Shown here in pieces: positions 34,758 to 46,000 of a stretch of 64,000 nt of DNA. The notes beneath the pieces are model-generated. The model worked only from the letters and a program-made list of their open reading frames with translations. It did not search any database and was not told where the DNA came from. This stretch comes from Eledone cirrhosa (lineage: Eukaryota): assembly GCA_964016885.1 (NCBI GenBank), contig OZ024749.1, positions 434,001-498,000 on the forward strand, given 5' to 3'. The position numbers and the translations under genes were made by a program. Positions within the stretch are counted from its first letter, which is position 1; every line of letters starts with the position of its first letter.

Positions 34758-36314
34758 TTACAGGGAATGATTCACAACAGGAATCAGCTTGTCTCCTGTA
34801 TGGGTATGTTTGTGGTTAATTAAGCTTCCTTTTCCAGAGAATGATTTACTACAGATATCACAGTGATATGGCTTGTCTCCTGTATGTATATGTTTGTGAG
34901 AAATTAAGCTTGCTCTTTGAGAGAATGATTTACCACAGGTCTCACACTGATATGGCTTGTCTCCTGTATGTGTAAGTTTGTGAGAAGTTAAGATTCCTTT
35001 TTGAGAGAATGATTTACCACAGATATCACAGAGATATGGTTTCTCTCCTGTATGTATACGTTTGTGAGAAGTTAAGCGACTACTTACAGAGAATGATTTA
35101 CCACAGATCTCACAGTGATATGGTGTGTCTCCTGTATGTATCCGTATGTGTCTAGTTAAGTTACTACTTTTAGAGAATGATTTACCACAGATATCACAGT
35201 GATATGGCTTCTCTCCTGTATGTATATGTTTGTGAGAAATTAAGCTTGCTCTTTGAGAGAATGATTTACCACAGGTCTCACACTGATATGGCTTGTCTCC
35301 TGTATGTGTAAGTTTGTGAGAAGTTAAGATTCCTTTTTGAGAGAATGATTTACCACAGATATCACAGAGATATGGTTTCTCTCCTGTATGTATACGTTTG
35401 TGAGAAGTTAAGCGACTACTTACAGAGAATGATTTACCACAGATCTCACAGTGATATGGTGTGTCTCCTGTATGTATCCGTATGTGTCTAGTTAAGTTAC
35501 TACTTTCAGAGAATGATTTACCACAGATATCACAGTGATATGGCTTCTCTCCTGTATGTATACGTTTGTGAGAAATTAAGCTACTACTTTCAGAGAATGA
35601 TTTACCACAGATCTCACAGTGATATGGCTTGTCTCCTGTATGTATATGTTTGTGAGAAATTAAGCTTGTTCTTTGAGAGAATGATTTACCACAGGTCTCA
35701 CACTGATATGGCTTGTCTCCTGTATGTGTAAGTTTGTGAGAAGTTAAGATTCCTTTTTGAGAGAATGATTTACCACAGATATCACAGTGATATGGTTTCT
35801 CTCCTGTATGTATACGTTTGTGAGAAGTTAAGCGACTACTTACAGAGAATGATTTACCACAGATCTCACAGTGATATGGTGTGTCTCCTGTATGTGTCCG
35901 TATGTGTCTAGTTAAGTGACTACTTTCAGAGAATGATTTACCACAGATATCACAGTGATATGGCTTCTCTCCTGTATGTATACGTTTGTGAGAAATTAAG
36001 CTACTACTTTCAGAGAATGATTTACCACAGATCTCACAGTGATATGGCTTGTCTCCTGTATGTATATGTTTGTGAGAAATTAAGTGGCTATTTTGAGAAA
36101 AAGCTTTACCACAGATCTCACAGTGATATGGCTTCTCTCCTGTATGTATATGTTTGTGTTTAGATAAGCTGCTTTTATGAGAGAATGACTTTTTACAGAT
36201 ATCACAGTGATATGGCTTCCCTCCCCTATCTTTTGGAATATTATATATATCAGGAATATTAATCATTTTAGATTGTATTTCACATTTAATCTTCTCACTC
36301 AATTTATTTTCCAT
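34758..36314 (-). CDS. Tandem C2H2 zinc-finger protein, 17 fingers with TGEKP/TGDKP linkers, no recognisable effector domain
   Basis: 518-aa ORF with CxxC-x12-HxxxH repeats. Confidence 0.92.
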   Translation of the reverse strand: MENKLSEKIKCEIQSKMINIPDIYNIPKDRGGKPYHCDICKKSFSHKSSLSKHKHIHTGEKPYHCEICGKAFSQNSHLISHKHIHTGDKPYHCEICGKSFSESSSLISHKRIHTGEKPYHCDICGKSFSESSHLTRHIRTHTGDTPYHCEICGKSFSVSSRLTSHKRIHTGEKPYHCDICGKSFSQKGILTSHKLTHTGDKPYQCETCGKSFSQRTSLISHKHIHTGDKPYHCEICGKSFSESSSLISHKRIHTGEKPYHCDICGKSFSESSNLTRHIRIHTGDTPYHCEICGKSFSVSSRLTSHKRIHTGEKPYLCDICGKSFSQKGILTSHKLTHTGDKPYQCETCGKSFSQRASLISHKHIHTGEKPYHCDICGKSFSKSSNLTRHIRIHTGDTPYHCEICGKSFSVSSRLTSHKRIHTGEKPYLCDICGKSFSQKGILTSHKLTHTGDKPYQCETCGKSFSQRASLISHKHIHTGDKPYHCDICSKSFSGKGSLINHKHTHTGDKLIPVVNHSL

Positions 36315-36686
36315 AATGTTGCTTTCTTCTCAACAGAATATTCAGATGTTTTTCTTGTAATATTTTTTATATTATGTTCCTGAAAATATTTCTTCTGGTA
36401 TATTTCCCACAACTGTGATCTCAGTTAATATCTGAAGATAATGGACATTTTTTTTTTATCCAAGTTTAGTTAAAATACAAAATCATCTTGTAAATATACC
36501 ACAGTGAAGACAATAAATTTTGCCAATAAACTCACTTCTGAGGAAATATTTCACAGTAATTCTTCGATAGAAACAAACAATTTTATATCAGTTCAGTATA
36601 ATATATTATAATCTTAAAATGATGGTAAATATTAATAATGTATCCAATATTTAAAAAATCAATTTATCCCAATGTCATCTGGTATT

Positions 36687-36700
36687 CTGAAATAAGAAAG
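36687..36700 (-). promoter_or_regulatory. Candidate 3' splice acceptor for the ZNF coding exon
   Basis: Minus strand reads ctttcttatttcAG|aatacc, a polypyrimidine tract ~370 nt upstream of the ATG. Confidence 0.5.
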
Positions 36701-37293
36701 AAACAATATGAGATAATAGAGAATAGTTAAAGAGCAGGGATAGATTTAACAGTGGAAATTTTATATTTCTATATTGGTAAACTGTAGATATCAACTTTCC
36801 TGTCCAGAACAATTCTCTCCAATGTGAGCAGCGGTATTCCAGCATGCTCTATAAATTTTATCCTTCTATCTCTTGGGAGGTCTTCCCTATGGTAGTTTAC
36901 CAAAAACTCCATTCTAATAGGACTTTCTAACATAGCTATCATCTCCTCTCCTGATGACATGCCCAAACCAGTTTAACCTCCACTTTTTATTGGAGGGAGT
37001 CAATTCTTTCTCTATATCTTTTTCTCACTCTCTCTCTCTCGAGGAGAAATAGGTTGTGTTTAGATCAGGAGTTACGAGTCTATATAGATCCATACAATAT
37101 CTGATTTAACTTCAAGTTTTATTCCGATATCAATCGTGTTCAGACTTGGTGAGAGATGATGGGTTCCATCGGGTTTTAATAAATTCCAAAGAAATGCCAT
37201 GACGCTACATTACCCATATGGCTCTATATACATTTATATATATATATATTATTGAGTAAAATAACAGGAGGCTGGACTGGTGAAATTCCTTAA

Positions 37294-37481
37294 TCCTTTA
37301 GCCTTTAAACCAACCAGAATTCTCTCACTTCTTTCTGTTCAAACCGGCTGTAACCGGCAGCTCATACTGATTTTAAGATATTGTTCTCAAAGTGAATGAT
37401 ATCAGTGAGATAATTATGTAAAGTAAAGCCTTTAGCATGAAAATATAATAGTAAATATAGAGTAATGTAAATACTAAAGGG
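37294..37481. mobile_element. piggyBac-type MITE
   Basis: TTAA-tCCTTTAG...CTAAAGGG-TTAA. The right arm shows the empty single-TTAA site at ~40259. Confidence 0.85.
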
Positions 37482-37497
37482 TTAAAGATTTATTATA

Positions 37498-37557
37498 AAC
37501 ACTATGCACATTTCAATGACTGGGTTCTGTAGGAACCCGGTGACATCATCAGGTGTT
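37498..37557 (-). ncRNA. Minimal type I hammerhead ribozyme (left arm)
   Basis: Minus strand reads aacac CTGATGA ...ccgggttc-ctaca-gaaccc... GAAAT gtgc ATA gtgtt. Confidence 0.78.
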
Positions 37558-37976
37558 ACGAAATTTATCTAATAAATGAATATAATAATGGTAGACACAA
37601 TCCAAGAGGCTGAAAAGTAGAGAGAAATGTTTAAGACCCGAAGGTGGCCAGAGCCAGTAGTTGCCAGCCTGGGTGATCACCTTCAAGTGAGGAATCTACT
37701 TAATTTCATCTTGTCTGTCTGATCAGGGGGCTGTATGCTTATAGTGCACTCCACTACTACCGTGCTGTCACCCACAGCCAAATGGACACATGGTAGTGGT
37801 GAAGGAGATCAGGTTACATAGAAGAAAAATTTTCATTGGCATTGGTCAAAACTACTAAAAAATATAGTGGAAGGATGTACAGTCAGAACCAGAAGCCAAA
37901 AGCTTTTAAGGTAGAGTTTGAAATTACAATTAAAGATTAGAAATGTAAAATTTAGGTTTAGAATTGAAAGATATAA

Positions 37977-38936
37977 TTTATATATATAAAGTTGTAGTTC
38001 CTATCTGTTTCTTTGTTTGTTTATTCACAAACTCTTCCTACGGTTTTGGAGATAGACCCCCATAACCATATACATTCTGAAACTACATTGCCCAGGGTAC
38101 TTGGATAAGTAGAGATTAAATAAAAATACATACATGTAACCAATTATTAATATTTAAGTACGCTTTCGTCAGATAAAATATAATAATTGGTGTGATGAAA
38201 CCCACCTTTATAAAGTCAGTATATATATGTATGAGATGAAAGAATGGTATTTAACTAATGTAATGGTATGCGATGGGGCCCACCCACAGCCCCGATTTCA
38301 TTTTAATCAAAGGGTTCTCTGGGGGTACAAACCCATGCTGAAAATCTTTTCCCTTCAATTTATATGAAATTTAAACCACAGGTAAATGACAAGATATGAT
38401 GCCTATTCACAAAATTTCAATAATATTAAGACACCCTAATTAAGCCCCCTATAGTGAAAATCTTGGCCAATAAATGGAACAAGATTTCACAAACTCCTCC
38501 TATGGTTTTGGAGATAGTCCCCCATAACCATATATATTCTGAAACTACATTGCCCAGAGTACTTGGATAAGTATACTTCATTTTATTCAAAGGGTTCCCT
38601 GGGGGCACAAAGCCCCCACTGAAAATGTTTTCCCTTCGATTTATATGAAATTTAAACCACAGGTAAATGACAAGATATGATGCCTATTCACAAAAGTTTT
38701 GAATTGATATTTTGAAAAAAATTATTTACAAGAAACAAAATAAGAATAAGATTTAATAATGTAATTTTGATTTGATATATTACAAAAAATAATGTTTTCC
38801 GATTTTTGATCCATTACATTTTACATTGAGTAATATTGAAATGCAGAGTTTTTCTCCTTAAATCACTGATTTAAAATCATCATTTTCTTACAGAAAAAAT
38901 GTGTGAAACGCAGCAAGGCGCGGGTAATCCGGCTAG
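37977..38936 (+). mobile_element. Non-autonomous Helitron with internal duplications
   Basis: Ends in a GC hairpin + CTAG followed by T, starts tttatatatataaa after A, and is absent from the mirror arm. Confidence 0.72.
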
Positions 38937-40186
38937 TTTAAAATAAGATTAAAGATTAAAAATGTAAAATTTAGGTTTAAAATTGAAAGATTTAGTTAAA
39001 GAATTTGTAGAAGGATTTAGTTAAAAAATTTGTAGAGGGAAGTATTTATGTAAAAGTTAAATATATTTTGATAGTCATGATAAAGTTTTAGAGTAGAATT
39101 TAAAGTTAAGATTAAGGATTTAAAATTTAAGAGTACTGTTTGGCAGCCAATAACTAGTGACGCGACGGATTCCTAGTCCACCCAAGGGCCAAGGGTGTAC
39201 CAACCGTTCCGAGTATTTTCGTCTACCGAAAGAAAGGGAAATCTATTTTTCCAAGCACTCCAGGAAGGTTGACAGACTCAGGCACTGCGGGCGCAAGTGG
39301 GAAGGCCATCACAGCCAGCCGATCATCCATTTTACTACTTTTAAACATCACACCACTGGTATGAATAACTAATGATTGTTTGGTATACGCTGGATGATCG
39401 GCTGGCTGTGACGGCCTTCCCACTTGCGCCCGCAGTGCCTGAGTCTGTCGACCTTCCTGGGGTGCTGGAAAAATAAATTTCCCTTTCTTTCGGTAGACGA
39501 AAATACTCGGAACGGTTGGTACACCCTTGGCCCCTGGGTAGACTAGGAATCCGTTGCGTCACTAGTTATTGGCTGCCAAACAGTACTCTTAAATTTTAAA
39601 TCCTTAATCTTAACTTTAAATTCTACCCTAAAACTTTATCATGACTATCAAAATATATTTAACTTTTACATAAATACTTCCCTCTACAAATTTTTTAACT
39701 AAATCCTTCTACAAATTCTTTAACTAAATCCTTCTACAAATTCTTTAACTAAATCTTTCAATTTTAAACCTAAATTTTACATTTTTAATCTTTAATTATA
39801 TTTTAAATTATATTACATTTCTAATCTTTAATTGTAATTTCAAACTCTACCTTAAAACCGTTTGGCTTCTAGTTCTGACTGTACATCCTTCCACTATATT
39901 TTTTAGTAGTTTTGACCAACGCCAATGAAAAATTTTTCTTCTATGTAACCTGATCTCCTTCACCACTACCATGTGTCCATTTGGCTGTGGGTGACAGCAC
40001 GGTAGTAGTGGAGTGCACTATAAGCATACAGCCCCCTGATCAGACAGACAAGATGAAATTAAGTAGATTCCTCACTTGAAGGCAGTCACCCAGGCTGGCA
40101 ACTACTGGCTCTGGCCACCTTCAGGTCTTAAACATTTCTCTCTACTTTTCAGCCCCTTGGATTGTGTCTACCATTATAAATTTCGT

Positions 40187-40246
40187 AACACCTGATGATG
40201 TTACCGGGTTCCTACAGAACCCGGTCATTGAAATGTGCATAGTGTT
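40187..40246 (+). ncRNA. Minimal type I hammerhead ribozyme (right arm)
   Basis: aacac CTGATGA tgtt-accgggttc-ctaca-gaacccggt-catt GAAAT gtgc ATA gtgtt. Confidence 0.8.
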
Positions 40247-40969
40247 TATAATAAATCTTTAAGGGATTTCACCAATCTAGCCTCCTGTCATTTTACTCAA
40301 TAATAATTAACCACATTCTCGCACCACCAACAAGATTCAACATAAACGAAGATGGATGAGTTGCATAATGCCGAGTGCTTTTCCTAATATTACATCACGG
40401 TTGACTATACAGAATGACCAGTTCTATCCAGTTGTGAACCTAGATTAATTTAATTATCTATATATGTTTCTGTCTCTCTCCCTATATATATATATTATCT
40501 ATATATGTTTCTGTCTCTCTCCCTATATATATATCCCTTTCTCTATAAGAAATCAGGTGTATTTATATCTGAAAGGAGAGTGTTGTCTCAATCAGGTTTA
40601 AAATGGCCAAGAAATGCTGTATGACATTACCAGGAGTTACAAGTCCATACAAAATGGCCAAGAAACACTGCTTTCACTCAACCTATTGACTTTGATGCTC
40701 TTCAGACAGTTGTTTTCAAAAACAATGTTAGAGTTCAGGTTTCAGAGCCACAGATTACTATAGGAGACAATACGTGTAGAATTCAAAGGCACAGATTACT
40801 ATGGGAGACAATAAGAGCATAATTCGAATAGGTTTTATTGTTACAGGGAAATTGTTTTTACTCCTTTTATTTTTTATCTTAAACTTCCAAAAGCTGCTCA
40901 GGCTGTTATAAATATATGTTTGTGTGAGTGTGTATACACACTCACTGCACATAAACACATACATACACA

Positions 40970-41920
40970 TATAGTTCTGTGTTGGGCCCACTTCTTTACA
41001 TTATTCTTATTAATGATATCATTGATGTCATCAAGCATGGCAACATAAGAATCTTCACAGGTGATTCCAAGATCAAGAAGTTCATCAATGGCGTGGAAGA
41101 CATAAGGGAGAATAAAAACAATATGCTTCTAGATGAGGATAAATTTGAACTAACCCCTTTTGGAAAAGGGAATGCACTGAAATTACCACATTCTCTCCCC
41201 TCAGCTGAAACCCTGATGGCATCTAACAATGTGACCTTGGTGTAATTGTTGATACCAACTGAAGCTGGAATACTCACATAAACAACAAATTTGATGACAC
41301 AGGATGTGTTCCTGGATTCTTAGATATTTCCAGCTGAGAGATATCCACACCACCATCCTTCACTACTTTTGCCTGACCCCACCTTGAATACTGTTGTCCA
41401 CTGTGATCTCCTGACAGGAAACAAAATATTGTGAAATTTGAAGTACCACAGAGATCAATTACAAAAGAGATAGATGGCATGGCAGGCCTTGACTATTGGG
41501 GTTGACTAAAAAAAACTCAAACTCAACTCTCTCTTGAGTACTACATCATTTGTATGATGTGAAAAATATTCCATCAACCATTACACAGAAAAAGTTGGCA
41601 TCACCTTTAAAATCCACCAAAGGTTTGGTCCCCATGCTACCAAACTTGCATCTCATAACAACATTCCAGCACAGCTAATTCATCTAAACTGGTCCCTTGT
41701 TCTTTAATATCATACTAAAATACATCAAAACAGAAAAGGATACCAATTCAAAATGTCTCCTGGATAAATTCCGGAAAAACCTCCTACACCTGGATTTGTC
41801 TTTGAAAACAGTAACACTTTACTAGAGTGGGACATGGTGCTCAAAACATGACTGAGGTGTGAATCATGATCTGAGTGACTTTACCATGACCTAAATAATA
41901 CTGGCCGAAACCTACCTAAG
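40970..41920 (+). mobile_element. Decayed copy related to the 4151-7240 CR1-group LINE (3' part)
   Basis: LGPLL..I.IND, EDKFEL, LKLP.SLPS.ETL, PHLEYCCPL, and a matching 3' end (aatactggcc.aaac). Confidence 0.88.
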
Positions 41921-41937
41921 TGTGTGTGTGTGTGTAT

Positions 41938-42125
41938 AATTGTTTCTACTTTTGGCACAAGGCCAGCAATTACCCAGTTCATTACTGGTACTTTATTTTA
42001 TCGACCCGGTAAGGATGAATGGCAAAGTTAACCTCGGCGGGATTTAAACTCAGACCGTAAAGGGACGTAACTATGTTGGAAAGCATGGCGTCCGACCCTC
42101 TACCGATACTGCCAATTCACCGCCC
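41938..42125 (-). mobile_element. Meta-domain-like tRNA SINE
   Basis: Reverse complement of the 60876-61060 family. Confidence 0.88.
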
Positions 42126-42178
42126 TATATATATATATAATAAAGATGAAATAAAGATGGTTATAAGAGTTCCATATA

Positions 42179-42241
42179 TTTTATTATATGTATTTCGAAT
42201 ACAAAATCATCCTGGGACAGATGTGTTCTCTTCAGATAAAA
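42179..42241 (-). ncRNA. Minimal hammerhead in a ~480-bp inverted-arm element (42150-42620), with a degenerate plus-strand copy at ~42551-42610
   Basis: Minus strand reads ttttat CTGAAGA gaa...ttc GAAAT acat ATA ataaaa. Confidence 0.68.
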
Positions 42242-42941
42242 AATAAGGTTCAATGATATGAGGCATAATAGCACTTGTTTATAGGAAAGTGCTAAGTCTA
42301 CATATGACAGAAATATGTGTTAATACTATAGTAAGAAATAGATAGGAAAATAGAAGAAAAGGAAGGAAGAAGAGAAAATAAGAAAAAAAGAAGGAAGAAG
42401 AGAGAGAAAGAGAGACTTTTGATCAGGAATGCTGTCAAATTGAAAACAGCTGTCAATAACGGTTAAAAAATAAATTGGTGAGGTGTATGTGCGAATATTA
42501 TAGAAGGTATTCAAATATTAGGTCTCATTACAGAAACTGGGTATATTATTTTTTATCTGAAGAGAACAAAACATGTCCCAGGATGATTTTGTATTCAAAA
42601 TCTTATAACCATCTTTATTATATATACTCCAGTTCTACCAACTGTTGAGTGCTACTTATCTGATATATGCATAGTTTTATTGTTCTACTCACCTTCTATA
42701 TATATATATAAAGAAATACACAGATACATGAATATATCCACATATTTCCCTGAATTTGTGGTGCCAACCTCACCGATGTTGCTCTATGAATAACTGGGAC
42801 AAAATAATCTGAATGGATTAGATTGATTCAGTATCAGAGCTATATAATACATTATAGAGAAGAAACATTAGATATAACTACGTAGTCGAGGTCTAATGAA
42901 GGAATTTGGGTATGGTATATCTTATTAATTTTTCTTTATAA

Positions 42942-42998
<57 letters not shown>

Positions 42999-43038
42999 GA
43001 AACATAAGTCAATTGCATGAACTCATAATCCTTTATTT

Positions 43039-43094
43039 ACTGCTATATATACTTCGATGATAGCCATTGAATGGCTATGACCTCATCAGGCAGT
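43039..43094 (-). ncRNA. Hammerhead motif with one core change (GAAG for GAAA)
   Basis: Minus strand reads actgc CTGATGA ggtc-atagccatt-c-aatggctat-catc GAAG tatat ATA gcagt. Confidence 0.6.
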
Positions 43095-43849
43095 TAGTCA
43101 GTTCTTAGATATGCCAGCTCTGTATTTATAGTGTTGATGGTATCAGAGCCTTGGGACATATGAGCTTGTTAGGAATAAATTAATGTTGTCAACAGGAATA
43201 GTCTTGATTCTCATTGGTCAGTTTGTAGATGGTAGTAGGGTTGGTATTTGACCTCAAAGAGGCAGGTGGTTTTGTAAAGTTCAAACCATCAGGCAAGCTG
43301 ACAATAGTTCCATATGACTGATTTTCACATAAGGCATTCCTGGTCAGATATATATTCAATTAAGGTTAATAGTATGAATAGATACTACAGGTCATTCTTA
43401 AATTGAGGAATTCATGTGGAGTGGTGCTACTGAAATTTATGGTTGGAGTAGAAAATTTACAAATAAAAAGACTTATGTAGGTTGGCTTGCACTACACTCA
43501 CACCCACCTCCACAGACACACACACACATCCACACATACAAAATGTGGAGTGGTAATACTTAATATAATGGTTATAGTCCAATACTTAGATAGTTTAGAA
43601 AATTTAGAAATAAAAGGTTTATGCTGGTTGACTTGTACATACTCACACCTACCACCTCAGACACTCACACATCTACACACACAAATCCATACAGGTGTGT
43701 GTATATATACACGTATGCATGTATGTACGCACAAGTATACATATATATATATATATAAAATATATACATATATACACAGAACATACATATATATAAAATA
43801 TATACATATAAAAATATTTAAAAAATATATATACATAAAATACACACAT

Positions 43850-43897
<48 letters not shown>

Positions 43898-43924
43898 GCA
43901 CATGGCTTAGTGGTTAGAGCATTG

Positions 43925-44150
43925 GTCTTGCAATTGGTTCCTTCAACTGGCATTTCCTGGCACTTTTTCACCCATCGGTCATCCTCCATGCGCATCACGT
44001 CCATACCACCTCAGTCTCCTCTCTCGCACACTACATTCTATCCCTCTCAGACAGTTTCTCTCTCAATACATTTATGCTGGGTCGTTCACGCACATTGACA
44101 TTGCACATCCAACGGAGCAGGCTTGCCTCATTTCTCTCCAGCCGTCGCAT
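43925..44150 (-). mobile_element. Decayed RTE fragment fused to a SINE head (43896-43935, plus)
   Basis: DVMRMEDDRWVKKC. The SINE head is ggcacatggcttagtggttagagc. Confidence 0.7.
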
Positions 44151-44167
44151 ATAATATTCAATGATAT

Positions 44168-44497
44168 GGAGGCACATGGCTTAGTGGTTAGAGCATTGGC
44201 CTTGCAATCAAAAGGTTGTGAGTTCAATTCTCAGACCGTGTGATGTGTTGTTTCCTTGAGCAAGACACTTTATTTCACATTGCTCCAGTTTACTCAGCTG
44301 TAGAAATGAGATGATAGGGACTGGGTTCCCTATCATTCCACTGAAAAGTGGACGTGTAGGCGCCACGCCAAAAAAGCACCCCGCACTCACTGTAAATGAG
44401 GTTGGTATTAGGAAGGGCATCCAGCTGTAGAAATCAAGCCAGAATCAGTTCCCGTCCCACCCTTGCAAGCAGGAAAAAGCGGACGTAAAATGAAATG
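44168..44497 (+). mobile_element. tRNA-derived SINE with V-domain-like core and RTE-derived 3' tail, second copy at 45731-45993
   Basis: A box tggcttagtgg, B box gagttcaattc, core ccttgagcaagacactt. The tail aggaagggcatccagctgtagaaatcaagccag is shared with the RTE family A 3' UTR. Confidence 0.82.
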
Positions 44498-44834
44498 ATT
44501 AAATAAATGGAAACAATATTTATAAAACCATATTTATTCTATTATATATATTTCAAAGGTACCAAAACTTTGGTACGCTTTCATCAGATAAAATATGAAG
44601 TGTATTTTATAAATTTTGACATAACCAAGGAAAATACCTTAACGGTTCAAGTTTTCCTTGGATAGACTATCCAAGGAAAACTTGAACCGTTAAGGTATTT
44701 TCCTTGGTTATGTCAAAATTTATAAAACACACTTCATATTTTATCTGATGAAAGCGTACCAAAGTTTTGGTACCCTTGAAATATATATAATAGAATAAAT
44801 ATGGTTATATAAATATTGTTTCCATTTATTTAAT
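44498..44834. repeat. Near-perfect 337-bp palindrome (centre 44666) carrying a hammerhead in each arm (44535-44595 minus, 44737-44797 plus)
   Basis: Centre ccttggatag-a-ctatccaagg. The plus-strand motif reads tattttat CTGATGA aagc-gtaccaaa-gt-tttggtac-cctt GAAAT atat ATA atagaata. Confidence 0.88.
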
Positions 44835-44841
44835 ATCATTG

Positions 44842-44873
<32 letters not shown>

Positions 44874-44876
<3 letters not shown>

Positions 44877-45693
44877 GGTGCGGACGATATTTGTTCGCAA
44901 TTTTCAACTGCTAATTTTATGCAAACTTTATTTTACTTCCGTTGTCACTCTTGTCTTCATAAAAACAGTGACTATATTTCCATTATTTATTTTCAGAATA
45001 ATTGATTATGAATAATTTAGAACCTCCAAATTTGTGGAAGAGACACAGAGTTCTTCTTGGAATCCGCGCCGGGAAGACAAGGAAATTTCAGACTTTCTCA
45101 GCGTCAGCAGGAGAATGGTGAAAAAGGCCAGAGTCATGCAGACAAAGTTTCCAGCGACAACATTGGTCTTAGGTGTCGTCATGCCACCTCACTTCTTCCT
45201 TGAAGGCTTCAAGCTGAACACCGATGGCTACATCCGCGTTCTGAGCGAGGTAGTAAAGCTCTGCATCGACCAGGTAGTTGCAGGTAGGCCGTACGTGTGG
45301 CAGCAAGACTCAGCATCCTGGCTGTCAGAGAACTTCGTCGACCACACTTCACCTGATTTCTGGCCTCCCAGCTTGCCTGACTGCAACCCCCTCGAATTCT
45401 TAGTGTGGGGTGCAGTGGAACGAGACACCAACAGATCCAGCTGCAATACGAACGACGATCTGAAGGCCAGGATCACAAGTGCCTTTAGGGGCCTAAGTCG
45501 TGGGACAGTAACGAGGGCCTGTAGCCGGTTCCGAGGCTGCCTTGAGGCTGTCATCATAGCCAATGGCAGGTTTATCGAATGAGATCGAAAGAACAAGTCA
45601 TGAAGACAAACTGAGCCAAGTTTGATAAATAAATCTTTCAAAATCAAACTACTGTGTTATTTTTTCCTAGACAGTAATCTTGCATCCGTACTG
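44874..45693 (+). mobile_element. Tc1/mariner superfamily (DD37D/maT-like) transposon remnant
   Basis: VWQQDSA, WPPSLPDCNPLEFLVWG, CSRFR..LEAVI.ANG.FIE. Starts ta-cagggtg. Confidence 0.82.
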
Positions 45694-46000
45694 AGCGTGT
45701 GTGTGTGTATATATATATATATATCTCAATGGCGGCACATGGCTTAGTGGTTAGAGCATTGGCCTTGCAATTGAAAGGTTGTGAGTTCAATTCTCAGACC
45801 GGGTGATGTGTTGTTTCCTTGAGCAAGAAAGACACTTTATTCCACTGCAAAGTGGTCCTGACAAAAAAAGCACCCAGCACTCACTGTAAATGAGGTTGGT
45901 GTTAGGAAGGGCATCCAGCTATAGAAATCAAGCCAGAATCAGTTCTCATCCCACCCTCGCAAGCAGGGAAAAGCAGACTTAAAATGATGATGATATATAA

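Larger units (their letters stand above)
37247..40304. mobile_element. Large non-coding foldback element with ~915-bp inverted arms around a 61-nt spacer (39330-39390). Each arm carries a hammerhead, and the left arm holds two later insertions. Probably PLE-derived.
   Basis: 39391-40304 is the reverse complement of 37247-39329 once the 37294-37481 and 37977-38936 insertions are removed. Confidence 0.85.

Noticed and set aside
39157-39562. Mirror-image 71-73 aa ORFs (MTRRIPS/MTQRIPS)
   Set aside because: They are by-products of the inverted repeat, differ by a frameshift and have no recognisable domain.
44168-44240. tRNA gene
   Set aside because: A and B boxes are present, but the sequence continues into a SINE body and there is no complete cloverleaf.
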